A stretch of 64,000 bases of DNA from Lingula anatina (lineage: Eukaryota; Animalia; Brachiopoda), in NCBI GenBank assembly GCA_051362555.1, contig CM120640.1, positions 37,901,967 through 37,965,966 on the forward strand, in the 5' to 3' direction. Each line of letters begins with the position of its first letter. Within the stretch, counting starts at the first letter, position 1. Both the position numbers and the translations under genes were made by a program. Shown here in pieces: positions 12,576 through 24,746 of this stretch. The notes below the pieces were generated by a model. The model saw only the letters and a list, made by a program, of their open reading frames with translations. It was not told the origin of the DNA and ran no database searches.

Positions 12576-14854
12576 TTAATGGAAATGTCTCGATATATTT
12601 GCTTCTATTTGGTGGTTTTAACCAAGTTTCAGTGCACTTTTCATCCAAGATCAAAGAGCTGGGGATCTGTACTTTAATAACTGGAAATCTGGCATCAGTT
12701 AAAATTGTATGGTAGAAACGGTTTGCGTGCGGTAAATGGAATTAAATCGATAGTTCATTACTTTTTCTTTCTTCTTCTTCCGTCATTCTTTTGCCTATTA
12801 CTTTTCAGGATTTTTACCGCAAGTAAACGCTGATTATAATATTGAAGACACTTACCTTGGAGTCAATTACTATATCAGCGTCGTCTGCCACTGCCTGTTA
12901 AACACAGGGGACTAACTCGGTGTCAGTCAGCGACATGCAGCAACCAGACGTATCCCTTGACATTACCTGCATCTTGGCCGGATCCTACAAAATGAAAAAC
13001 GAGAGTGGATTAGAAAGCAGCACGTTGTACATATTCGGGTAAAACACCAATCAGGCTTCTGCATGATATGCAAATCATGCATGCACAAAAACATTTGATG
13101 GACCTACCTATTTCGTGAACTTTCACTTTAACCTCACTACGAATTCAAAGCGCAGTGACGACTTGAATTAGACATTCGTATTAGGCCACCACAAATTACT
13201 GTTTAAACTTGATGTAAGCCAGGATGTCTACAAATTAGATTCCTCTTTTTTGCAAGGGTCGTGTTTTGCATCAATTTGCCGAGACAAGACATGCCAATTT
13301 TTGTCATAATTGCAAATCTAAGTACTAAGGATATCGCACAACAATATCACCTATTCAAACAGTCGATCAATTTTTCTTGGCATCAACACCGACAGACCGA
13401 CCCAAGGGCGATAAAGCTGCTAGATCTCATTTTCGAACACCCTATACGTAGAGGATTATTTAGAAGTAGGCGAAAGACCAGGCTCTAGAATTATCATAAG
13501 GATAGACTATTAGCCGCATGTGTATTTACGAATACCAGCTGTGGTCGATGCCTGAAAAAAGAATGGTAGAAAGGCTAAGTAAATATTAGGGCCATTTTTA
13601 GGACCACCTTCACAAACAAACGTCCTCCTGCAAACGAGTGAAAATAGCTCACTAATGGACCACCAAATTGGAACAGTAATTACTTGCTTTTGTGCGAGGA
13701 AATTGACTTAAATGTGTTCCGTTGTTTCACGATTAAAAGAAACAGGAAAGTTTGTTTTTTTTTATTTGAAACTTGAGGTATTTAATGAAATACTTATAAA
13801 CCCGTTAACTAATGAGCACAACTTATGTTATGTAAAGTGGTTGATTTCGAAATTAAGATGATGTCTTCATTTATTCCTGTTCTTAACTAGAGGAACGTCT
13901 AATCTATTTCTCGTTGTTTTTTTTTCAAGATTACTGACATGAAAAATTGAAAAAAAAAATGCAGGAACGTGTTGACATTAACAACACACAATAGGCAAGA
14001 GTACTGGATTTTTAAAACTAAAAACAACCCTTTACGGCATAAAATATTTAGAAAAACATAATGTAATTGGTTGACACTATCCTAAGCTTTTGTCTTTATT
14101 CATTAGAGTATGTGTTCACACAAGCATGCTATTTAATAACTGTTTAATTTACGTATCCATGGTCACCTGTAAATATTAAATGTGCAATCTAACTCGTCAA
14201 CATCAGCGCAAATGCCATATTGTTCTGCCGTCATACTGTACCTCGGATTAATTCATATTCCCAGTCCAAACTTTTTCTCACACCTGTTTTTTCCTCCCGT
14301 TTGTAATGTGTACAGTGATGTACCCCCAGTATAAAACCGACGTAATCTACCCTAGCTGTCAGTGATAACACTGTAAACATGGACACAAGACCCAGTTAAT
14401 AGCATTTTTAACGACCGCTAATTTTGTTCGCCTTGGGCACAAAAGCAGCCTACAATGTAATTAAAACTTCGTGAGACTATCTTGATGGTGTCTCTGTCCT
14501 CTTTCTCGCCGATAGTCCTAGAGGACGGGTCTTTTTTCCACTGAATTTTGAGTTGATTAGAGCTATTGAATAGTTTTAAGTAAGACTTACTTTCTATTGT
14601 TTTTTTTTTTACATGCGGTACTTGGTAATTTGTGCTAAAGAGTCATGGTTTATGTCTTTTCGTCTAGTAACGCGTTTACAGAAATTAAGAGACAGATGAA
14701 CATGTAGTAGACGGCTGCGAGGCTGTTTACCGTTATTATTAAAGCACGTTTAAGTGCTCTAGAAAAATGAAAGCGCCTACGTTTCCGACGGTTGGATGGG
14801 GTTGTATGTTTTCATTTTATGTAGAACATGTAGATTGCGGATCTCAGTCTACCA

Positions 14855-14856
<2 letters not shown>

Positions 14857-14901
<45 letters not shown>

Positions 14902-14904
14902 GGG
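14857..14904. repeat. (GT)n followed by poly-G
   Basis: Direct reading. Confidence 0.9.
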
Positions 14905-17900
14905 CTTTGCTTACGTATGCCACTGATTTTTAGCTAAATTAGGAACTCTGTTACTCTACTGTGACAGAGATATTCCAAAAAACAATTTATAAAACTTGTG
15001 CATAAATAGAATAAACCGGGTGAACAGAAGAAATTATTATTCGTGCATTATTCGTACGTCGAGGGCAACCCCGGTGAACCAGCGGAGACAAGAAATCATG
15101 AAATGGCATCGGTGATGAGCAAAAGAATTATTCAAAATCCAGTGGATTGTGAAATCATATCGATTTAAAGAGAATGGTGATGAGACAACTGAAGCAAAGT
15201 CAACATGTTTGTTCTGTTGTATGGTTGTGTGACAAGCACAGTATGCAATCGCGGAATTCCTGAGGACAAACAAAGTACCTTCATCAAACGGATCGGAAAA
15301 AGATAAAAAAAGAAGGTAGTGTTTAACTGGCCTGTAACAGACAGTGATTAGTCTGATTAGTACTTTCTTATCACACTTGAAATGCCAAAGTAGAACATGT
15401 CTATCTACTTGATCGACATAAACCACAAGCCAAGGGGAAAGAGGCGAGTGCAACTAGAAGAGATGACAAGAAAATCAATTTATTTAATCGACGGGAAGTG
15501 AATGATTATATTACTTAATGACTGACTGATCTGTGCAGAAAAGCATTCCTCATTGCTTTATCTTTTTGTAATCAACTCGGTCATCCCTTGGACACGCCAA
15601 GTAAGATCTTTGATTACATTTCGGAATCTTAGTATAAGTAGGCAAGATAAATAAAACAAATAAATAAATAAAAATAAATAAATGATTAAAAAATATACGT
15701 GAAGATGAGGCAGACTAGTATCTAAAAGATTGGATTGTCCCTGCCCACTCTGGCAAATTGAAATAAATATGACGTAAATGTCTGTAGCTGCATCAATCAC
15801 ATGTATATTTAATACAACTGCCATTTACCATTTGATGATCTAATTAAGTGTTAAGACTGTTTGTATCTTACCGTGCTTGTTTGCTCCAGTCTCTGTGGCT
15901 ACTGGCCCGTTTGCAGTAGAGATCTGGTTCTATTTGAATCATGTCTGGTGCGTGCCGCCGCTAATAGATTAATGAATTAACACCAGGTTTCAATTAACCC
16001 ACCATTTTCAGATATGTGCACTATCTTTCACGCTACAAGGTTTTCCCAAAATATTCGATAAAACATGGAATACTAATGGTTTTCCCACCGGTTGCGTTTG
16101 AAAATTATATCAGGGGCAGACTAGTCATTAAATGTGAAATTTATGCTCTTACTTGGCTAAGTGTCGAATATCAGTTTGATTTTATTATTAAATAAGAAGG
16201 CTCCTAATTATCTAGTTTAAAATATCTGGAGTTCTCTTAGCCTTATTTTAACCATGCGCCACCAGAGGCGAAGCGGAAGAACCAAACTTGCCTCATAATT
16301 GAAAATACAGTATTTGAAAAGGCGGAAAAGAATTGACAGTCGGCATTTAAAACATCTTGCAACTAATGTATAGCGGCTACACACATGCACTTGCGTGTGT
16401 GACTATGTACACAGCGCGAACACCAATCTTCTGCTCCCAGACCTAAAGCGAGTCTTGTTATTCTGTGAGGCAGGCACGAGTGCCGACAAAAAATTGCCGT
16501 CGTTCGATAGTGCCTAGATTTATATCTATATATAACGGCACATGTACGGACTGAAAGTGACCGCCAGATATACCGACACTTTTGGCATGAAAACTGAAGG
16601 CAGCTGGTACGCTTGTAAACAGAGAAGCCTGTTCTGCTTGAGCATTGAACAGTGATTGAATTGATAAAATTATTCCACGTGATCTAACAGTTGAAATCTC
16701 CTATCTCCATATTCGACGTCAAGTCTCTATTTTTTCTACTGTAGTTACAATCCCTCTAATCAAGTTCACCAGTGTCTTGTTCCACCATGCATGCAAGAAA
16801 TTATTAATTTGACATCTGTATTCAAGATTCAGAGTGAGTTTTAAGGGAAACATATTAGTGAGCTAAACACCGGCCGAGCACAACGTTTTGGTTAGTAATA
16901 AGCAATGACTTTTTTATGAATTACGTGACTTGACAACAGAAAAGGCTGTGGGCACATTGAATTCCCATTAAATCTGTGGTGCACAGCAGAATGACAAGAA
17001 CAAAATGGCAGGGTAGAAAAAGTCGTCATTAATTTTTTACCTGCAATGGCTAATGCTATAGGCTAAGTTTTGAAGATGTCGGTCTCTGCCCCCCCCCCCC
17101 CCCATGGGCTGTCTTAATGATTAATGAACCCGCCATTTTTTTTTTTTTTTGAAAGGAGAGAAGTGGGGGGCGGGGGTCCACCCTCTTCTATTCACTTTGC
17201 TTTAGTTCTAACAAGTGCACCTTGTGTACACTTATTTCTAATGCTGTCCTTTTCCTTGTATTCTATTATCTTAGCAATTCTAACTTCAAATCACAACAAC
17301 AATAATAGCAACAACAACAACAATAAAATTAATTATAATAATAAAAGTTGTTCATTGCTTAATTCCTAAATAGTTATTTATAATGCTCAAAATGTATATA
17401 TACACGTATAATATTATATCCTCATCTCTTAAATAATCTTTATGACCTTTTCAGCACACAATCTTTGGAACGGGAATAATTTAATTTCCGGAACTCGCTC
17501 CCTTTCTTTATATAAAATCCATTTGATCTAAGTGATATGTTCTGTAACAATAGATCTTCTTCGTTTTAGCTACCGGTACGATTGGATCACTGGGGAACAG
17601 AATACAGTGTAATCTTTCCCTTTTCAAACCACAAGCACTGCTTTGCGTTTTTGTGTTGCGTTCTCTTGGGATCTATCAAATATACATATATTTTTCATTT
17701 GCAGCATTTCTTCCAACTTTTACGGTGATCTGTTATGCTTAAGTCGTGATAATCTTAATATTATTCAGAGCTCAATCAGAATGCCCAATATTTTACGACG
17801 TCGAAGAGGTCTCTGTACGGGCCGTGCCCGTTAAAATGGAGTCACTGAGTTAACATTTTAGTAATTAGTGACTTATTTATAATTTGACTGTCCAAAATAT

Positions 17901-20180
17901 GCCAAATATTGAACAGTGTGACAGGACTCTTGAATCAGATACCCCCGGACTGATGGGGTTTGTATAGCTACAAAAGGACTTCTTTTATTTCTTTTAGAAC
18001 TAATCAGAGTTTCAGACCCGATGCATACATTCTTCTTCATTCACTGTACATAATCAAAATTCCATATATATGTATAATATATATATGCTGGCTAACCGGA
18101 CCGTTAGGAGGATGGTGATTTGAAATGAAGGAGTTGGCATGCATCGCAATTCAAGCTCAGTGTATTCATGACAAGTGCGTGTCTTGAAGGCAATATAATA
18201 AATTGTTTTTTGTTTTCAGATAATTGCGGACATCCTTTTAGTTCACATTTCCCGAAGCAATCTACAATTTACATTACGGGGACGGAGGGGGGGGGGGTCT
18301 ATATTGTGTTGTTTTGTTTTAGAAAATGGGAAACCCCTCCTTCATTCTGGTTTCGTCCACATATATTATCATTCGGATATTTCATTGGGTTGCTCATTCT
18401 CAGCAAAAATCTCGTTAATACTACGGATAGAGGCACCAACATAAGTCATATAATCTATATTAAAATGACGATTTGGATTTTCTTTTTATCAAAAGCGCAA
18501 TTCTTCAATAAAAAGTAATGGGACTTTATATCTATTGTAACACACGTATAGTTTTGCACCTCTGGTAAAAGATTTGAGTATGTACTTCAAGGTCCTGTGG
18601 ATGATCTTTTAAGAGAGTCATCCCTGCATTTACCAATAATTTCAAACTCTCAGATGGAGAAATCATGTTTTCATTCTAAAGGCACACGCAGGAAGGCAAA
18701 GCACAGGGAACATGATTCAGATCTTTGAATTCCCGCATTTTTTCTTTTAATTCTATTGTACTTTTATTGTTTGTTTTCACTGGCACGCAAAAATGCCAAG
18801 GTAGGCGAGGAGAGTTTTTTTTTTCCATTCTGCCCTCCCTTCTTTTAAAAAGTGTTATCCTGAATTCTCATCATCAATATCATTATGCTTTCCTTGCGTG
18901 TCGTACAATTAGAAAGTATACAAGCAAAATGCGTTTTGAATAGCTCTCTTGGGAACAAGAATTCTTGGCGAACATTCAAGCAATCATTTCAACAGTTTGT
19001 ACTCTTTTGTAGCATCCAAATGCAGCTAATGTAAGAAGGTCTACTTTAAATGGTTATTTTTGCTTATTTGATTCACATCCATCGTCACTAAAAGTCAAGA
19101 AACAATTATCTTTTATCTGACACGCTCTACTCAAGATGAGTGGATTGAATTAGGGAGTAAACCATTTACGTGCATTTGATAGAAATACTACTCAGTACAC
19201 TAGTAACTGGAACATATTTGATATAAAACCGAGGTAGACCTAAGCATTAATCGTAAAAGGACGGGGAGCGGGGTTGGCCCCTACAAGTTTTTTTTTCTTT
19301 CATAACGACCCTTTATCAGATAAAAACCGGGGAGTGAGATTATACATTATATACTGTAGTAACTGAGCCGGTCAGTTACTAGGTTTGGTTGGTATCTGAG
19401 GGCCAAGTTTGAGATAATACAATGTATTACCATGTGACGGGCTGAACTAGGTAGGAATTTCAACTTCTAGCCCTTAGCCAGCGGGTGAGTTTTGGCGTTT
19501 TTTTTTAAATTTTATTTATTTTTTTTAAAAAAAATTATTGTTATATTTGTGATTTGGGTGCAAGCTGCTGGGCCTGCATGTATTTGAAGCTAGATAATCG
19601 GTCATAAGCAAGGGGTATTTGGACAAAAATAACTTTTAAGATCGTTATTTTCAGAAATCTAAGCTTTCGTTTCACAAAAAGTAGAACCCTAGCCTTTAGA
19701 GCTAAGCCAATGATGTAGGGCCTACGTGTGATATTGATCCCAAAAATTTGTCAGATCATGCATGCGGATATCAGGGAGCAATTTTTTATGAGGAAGATGA
19801 AGAACATTTCACAAATCTTTGTCAAACCTATGTTAAGGTGTGGTCGAATTTCTATTCATCGCAGAAGCAACAATTGACTCCTTAATTTTTAAGGAAACAT
19901 CACTTGGGAGAAATCCTTAGACTTATGACTAATGAAACATTAAGGTCAAACATCACAAACATCGGCAAATATTGTACATACAAGCTTCAAAAGATTCAAG
20001 CCTTGACTATACAGTATAGTGTAGCTATAATAAGCCTATATGGCCAGGTGTACTACTAAATATAGGTAGGCCTACACGCTCACAAGTTAGCCTCTATGAT
20101 TTATATAAGGGACTGGTCATAGAGCACATGAGGGGGGCGGGCCGGAAAACAGCAAGTTACTTTTTATGTGACCCACCCCC

Positions 20181-20215
20181 AACAAACAAACAAACAAACA
20201 AACAAACAAACAAAC
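20181..20215. repeat. (AAAC)n microsatellite
   Basis: Direct reading; a second (AAAC)n run lies at about 28567-28604. Confidence 0.9.
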
Positions 20216-20359
20216 GTCGCCCCGCTTCTCTTCAACAAGTATACATGTAATTTATTAAATATTAAATAAATACATACATACATGTAGGCCTACCCCCTTG
20301 TAAGCCTATGTGCTATCGGTTTCAGAGAAGTTCTTTTTTCACATCTACTTTTAATGCAC

Positions 20360-20695
20360 ATAGTCAGAAAGTTTTCATTTATGATACTAGTAGATCCTGA
20401 AATTTGGTTTAGGCCTACCTGTTGACTGTTTCGTCTGTTCACTCTGACAGACTTGGTCACAACTGAATTGCCTGTTCAGGTAAAGTAGAACAGGTAATTA
20501 CCTCAGTCTTGATGATGACTTGTTAGTCCCTCTCCCCCCCCCCCCCCCGATGTTTTCCTTCCTCATGGCATTCATGATTTTCTCTGAAATTCCTTTCACG
20601 TATGGGATTGTAACTTGTCCTTTGTCAGAGTGAACAGACGAAACAGTCAACAGGTAAACCACAGGATCTATCATAAATGAAAACTTTCTGACTAT
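20360..20695 (-). mobile_element. Penelope-like retroelement remnant with inverted terminal copy (pLTR)
   Basis: Minus-strand peptide KGQVTIPYVKGISEKIMNAMRKENI resembles the (L/I)PYVKG.SE.I...L.K.NI linker before the GIY-YIG domain of Penelope/Poseidon ORFs. Inverted arms at 20360-20449 and 20623-20695. Hammerhead-like motif in the 3' arm. Confidence 0.75.
20419..20465 (-). ncRNA. Minimal type I hammerhead-ribozyme-like motif (variant core)
   Basis: 5'-CAGUU GUGACCA A GUCUGU[cagaguga]ACAGAC GAAA CA GUC AACAG: 6-bp stem II, GAAA, GUC triplet and GUU/AAC stem I. The core has G3-C8 instead of C3-G8, and helix III is rudimentary. Confidence 0.5.
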
Positions 20696-20937
20696 CAAAA
20701 CTAAGATCCAATGAAACTGTTTTCACTTTTTTATGCATATGTTTATGTATCTTAATTTTTAATATTTTTACTTCGTTTGTCATATAGTTTGATATTCTAG
20801 CTTGCTCAACATGAATTGATTAGATATCGACGTATGTCCATTATTATGGTAATGTGATGAAAAGCTCTTATTTATCGGAGGAAACAAAGCTAACAAATAA
20901 CAATGCCTGCTGTAACCAATGGCGTCGTACAAACTAT

Positions 20938-21051
20938 GTCACATGACTTTCCTTAGATACCAACAAACTTATAATCTTAGTGACCAGCGTCAGCCATCAG
21001 CAGAAGGTTGTCAGTGTTCCAACTAAACGCAGGGAGAAACGTACTTTGAGG
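20938..21051 (+). promoter_or_regulatory. Candidate ODF3 promoter and non-coding first exon A
   Basis: X-box (RFX)-like GTATCTAAGGAAAG on the minus strand at 20947-20960, GTCACATGAC palindrome, donor GG|GTAAGT at 21051/21052. Confidence 0.55.
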
Positions 21052-21624
21052 GTAAGTTCTAAAGTTTTTCTGTATAGAAATTATTAAATGTTAACGAATT
21101 CAAGCTATCACATGTAGATATATGTATATATAGATATAGATATGACTTATGGAGCACAAGCTATGTTTGATCAGTTAATTTGGAACAATCTACTGACTGG
21201 GACATCGAAAGTTCTAGAATGACGAAAGTTCTAGGCTGTGAGCAAAGTCCCATGGGACAGAACATTAGCCGGCAATTAAGTTTTCGTGTAACGCAGTAGT
21301 TTAGTGTGGATTTCATGCTGCCGCATAGAGTTTATACACCCTTATTAGTTAAAACATTTCAACAAAAGGCACAACTAAGGGTACCGACACAACTAATGCT
21401 ATGCCGTGTCGTTCTCGTGATCTTCACTATCACCCGAATTGTTTTTTTACGGAGTAACGCGGGGAAAAATTTTACAAGCTCAAAGAAATAAACGCGCAAT
21501 ATTTCAGCAAATGTAGATAAGTGATATACTAATACGAAGTATGACTATTTAAGATATTACTAATGGCAAAGCTGATTGAGCCACGGCACGTTGTTTTGAT
21601 AAATCAATAATGGCCGAAAATAAT

Positions 21625-21746
21625 AATGGCGGCGTTGTTGCTAAGGATAGCTAAGGGTGCAAAACAAAGTTATGTGAATGACTCTTAGTGAGCATGGCGT
21701 CCCCTAGCAGCATATGGCGACATAGTTAGAAGAAGTTTATGTACAG
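21625..21746 (+). promoter_or_regulatory. Candidate ODF3 promoter and non-coding first exon B
   Basis: X-box-like GTTGCTAAGGATAG at 21637-21650, CpG-containing context, donor CAG|GTATGT at 21746/21747. Confidence 0.55.
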
Positions 21747-21890
21747 GTATGTTGATTTCGATATTAGATGTGTTGATATTTTATTTTGTGTTATTTATTT
21801 TGATATTTTTAAGAGTTACAGTAGTATTTGATTCATTTAGTAACATTTAAACAGTAGTTCCACTACAATGTCTCAACCACTCTTGTTAAC

Positions 21891-22010
21891 TTTTTCTGTA
21901 TTTAAGCACAATTTAGAATTAAAAAATTAATTTTTCTGTAATTAAGCACGATTTAGAATTGAAAAATTAATTTTTCTGTATTTAACCACAATTTAGAATT
22001 AAAAAATTAA
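21891..22010. repeat. Minisatellite, 3 x 40 bp
   Basis: TTTTTCTGTATTTAAGCACAATTTAGAATTAAAAAATTAA at 21891, 21931 and 21971 with few substitutions. Confidence 0.92.
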
Positions 22011-22109
22011 CTTTATAAGAGTGCTTGAGACTGATTATTTGAAATAGTGTACAGAAATATTATAGCAGTAGTACATGTAGTAATAGTAGTACAGTGTAAC
22101 AGTAGTACA

Positions 22110-22110
22110 T

Positions 22111-22149
<39 letters not shown>
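22110..22149. repeat. (TAG)n microsatellite
   Basis: Direct reading. Confidence 0.9.
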
Positions 22150-22505
22150 AGACTGGTAGAGTATTACAGTGAGTGTGTCACTAGTTTATGAAAGTTGAGT
22201 ACAAAGTTACATTATAAAAAATCTTCTTTAGCAGTATATTAAGCATCAATTTAATTCAATCAAAATATTTGTTACATTTTTATTTGGGAAGCTTGTATTT
22301 TTACATTATTTAATTTATAAGATTGAAAGATGGTTTTTAGAAGTTTTCTAATCAGTTGAGAAACACATTAAAATATTTATCGCAGTTATAAATAAATTGT
22401 ATATATTACAGCTATTTTCTCAAAACAAATGTATGAACACTTATTATTTGTGTTTCAGTGCTGATTTCTTGACAACTTCAAGGGATACAGAATTTTACAC
22501 TCAAG

Positions 22506-23884
22506 ATGGTATACAACTATACCAGACCCAGAGGGCCTATTGCTGCCATGTACAGCAGCCCTGGACCTTGCTATGCTTTACCAGGACTTGTAGGTCAACG
22601 GAACCATGACATAAGAAGCTCACATGGAAAAGCTCCTGCATATGTCTTTGGAATTAGGCAAGGCAAAATTGTAGATGACTGTAGCCCTGGACCCTGCCAT
22701 TTCCCTACTGCCAAAATCTATCGTGATGGCCAAGATGGCACACCTCATTACTCTTTGTACAGCCGCCAGAAGTCTGGCCGTCATTTCAATGTCCCAGGCC
22801 CAGGCACTTACTCCCCAGAAGCTGTTGGCCAAAGTGCCTATTATCGCCATCCTAAATACAGCTTTGGTTCACGCCACAAAAACAGGAGGACTGACAGCAT
22901 CCCTGCACCTAACAACTACTGCCTTCCTGGAATGACTGGCAAAACTATCCAGAGCGGCAAACGTCAAGCTCCATGCTACTCTCTGACTGGACGCAGTAAA
23001 ACGGGAAGCTTCCATGAGGATTTACAAAAGGTAATTTGCAATTTTGTTAAACATGTTTTCTGGGAGATATTAAAAGTCAATCTAAAAAAAATCACAAAAT
23101 GAGAACAGGTTCTGTTGCAGAGACAGTATTTTTTTCTCATTACCTCATTAGACCTAAATTTGTTTCTGTTCAGAGAGATATCTTAAAGAATCCTCACTTG
23201 TTGAAAAGTTTGTAAAGATTTTATTATTTTTTTCAGACCCCTGGACCTGGCACATATAACACCACTAATCCATCAGTGAACAAGGAAAGGGCCCCACTTT
23301 ACAGTATGACCAGCAGAAATGTTATGCCAGGGGACACCACCCAGAAGCCAGGACCAGGAGCCTATTCTCCAGAGAAGGTATTTTCATTGTTTATTTTGAT
23401 TCATTGACTAACCTGAAGAAAAAAAGAGGTCTACTTGATTATGTCAGTTTAAGTATGTGACTCTCAGGTTGGTCTGCTTATAGAGAATAATAGCTTTTTT
23501 TCTTTTTAAAGCTATTGTAAAGTATTTCACATTTGTAGCATCTTTTATCCCTTTGTACATTTTGTAAAATTTTGCATTCCCTGTGATGAAGAATTGTAAA
23601 GAATAAAAAATGCCTCAAAACTCTCTTGAAATGGCAGAAATGTGAAAAAAAAGTGAACTGAGGAAGATGCTTAAGAGGGGAAAATACTGGAAATGGCTCT
23701 ATGTAATTTAATGTTTAAAAAACATATTTGAAAATGAATATCAAGGTGAGAAGTTTTTACTGTAAAATCATGTATTTTCTATATATTTCAGGTTTGGATA
23801 AACAAAGTTGAGCAACCATTGTTCTCATTTGGAATCCCACATTCTCAATATTTGGCACCGCTAATCATTGCAGTTGATGATTAG
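22506..23884 (+). CDS. ODF3: Outer dense fiber protein 3 / CIMAP1-like (SHIPPO PGP-repeat ciliary protein), copy 1, 252 aa
   Basis: Coding exons 22506-23030, 23237-23377, 23792-23884 (acceptor at 22458 upstream of the ATG). RPRGPIAAMYSSPGPCYALP, repeated PGPGxY motifs, C-terminal FSFGIxHSxY. Confidence 0.93.
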
Positions 23885-24746
23885 AAAAAGTCACTTATGG
23901 ACATTGAACTTAAGGATATGAACAGTATACTCTACTTCTGACATTACCTTGTTATTAGTAACATTAAGATGATAAGGATTTCACTTTTTGCCAATATCAG
24001 AGCAACACTTGTCATAGAACACACATTTTCTTATAATTAATATTACTTAATTGACACTGATTCTTTGGAATTTATTGAAGGTGGTTAAAAAAGAATACAG
24101 TGGCCTAGAAAAGATATTGTAGACCAATGCACATCGTGCTGTAAGAGATTGTTAAAGCTAAAATAGTAATATTATGCATCAATGTGCCAAAAAACACACT
24201 ACTAGTCAAGTAAAAATTGTTGTAATTTAATCTATTTGTGTATGTGTATATGTGGAAATTTGCTCATTTGAGGTATTTAACATATTGTAACTTATACAGA
24301 ATGATTTGAATAAATTATCTACTGAATTTTGTTTCAAGAGTTATTTTTAGTTTTGTTGCTACTATATACGTATGTCCTGGAATTGGCCTGTGTTTGTAAA
24401 AGTATTAGATGAGTAATAATGTTGTAGTAGCTCACATCTTAGGTATTGTTAGTAGTATATTTGAAAAATAATTTAATGCACATGCATTTTCATCACCTTA
24501 AGATCTATTTCCATTTCTTGTGCATGTGTCAGTTTTTGCTTTACAGATACAAAAGATGGTTAAATGGCTTGCAGCCACAATATTTGACATAGAAAATGAC
24601 CTTATGTTTTTACACACAATTTGTTCCATGGCCGTTCACTAAAACACACACAGAAAAAATTTGAATATTTTGTCAAAGCATCTTGTTTTAATGTAAATTT
24701 TATTTATTTCAGTGCCTTTCGTAAGTCTTATTACTCAACATTGAAG

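Noticed and set aside
16255-16272. CTCF-like GCGCCACCAGAGGCG
   Set aside because: Partial match only; cannot be supported from sequence alone.
17560-18260. Series of plus-strand acceptor-like sites suggesting a hidden gene
   Set aside because: No matching donors or continuous reading frame found.
21891-22010. Regular repeats resembling a CRISPR array
   Set aside because: Head-to-tail minisatellite with no unique spacers, in a eukaryotic intron.
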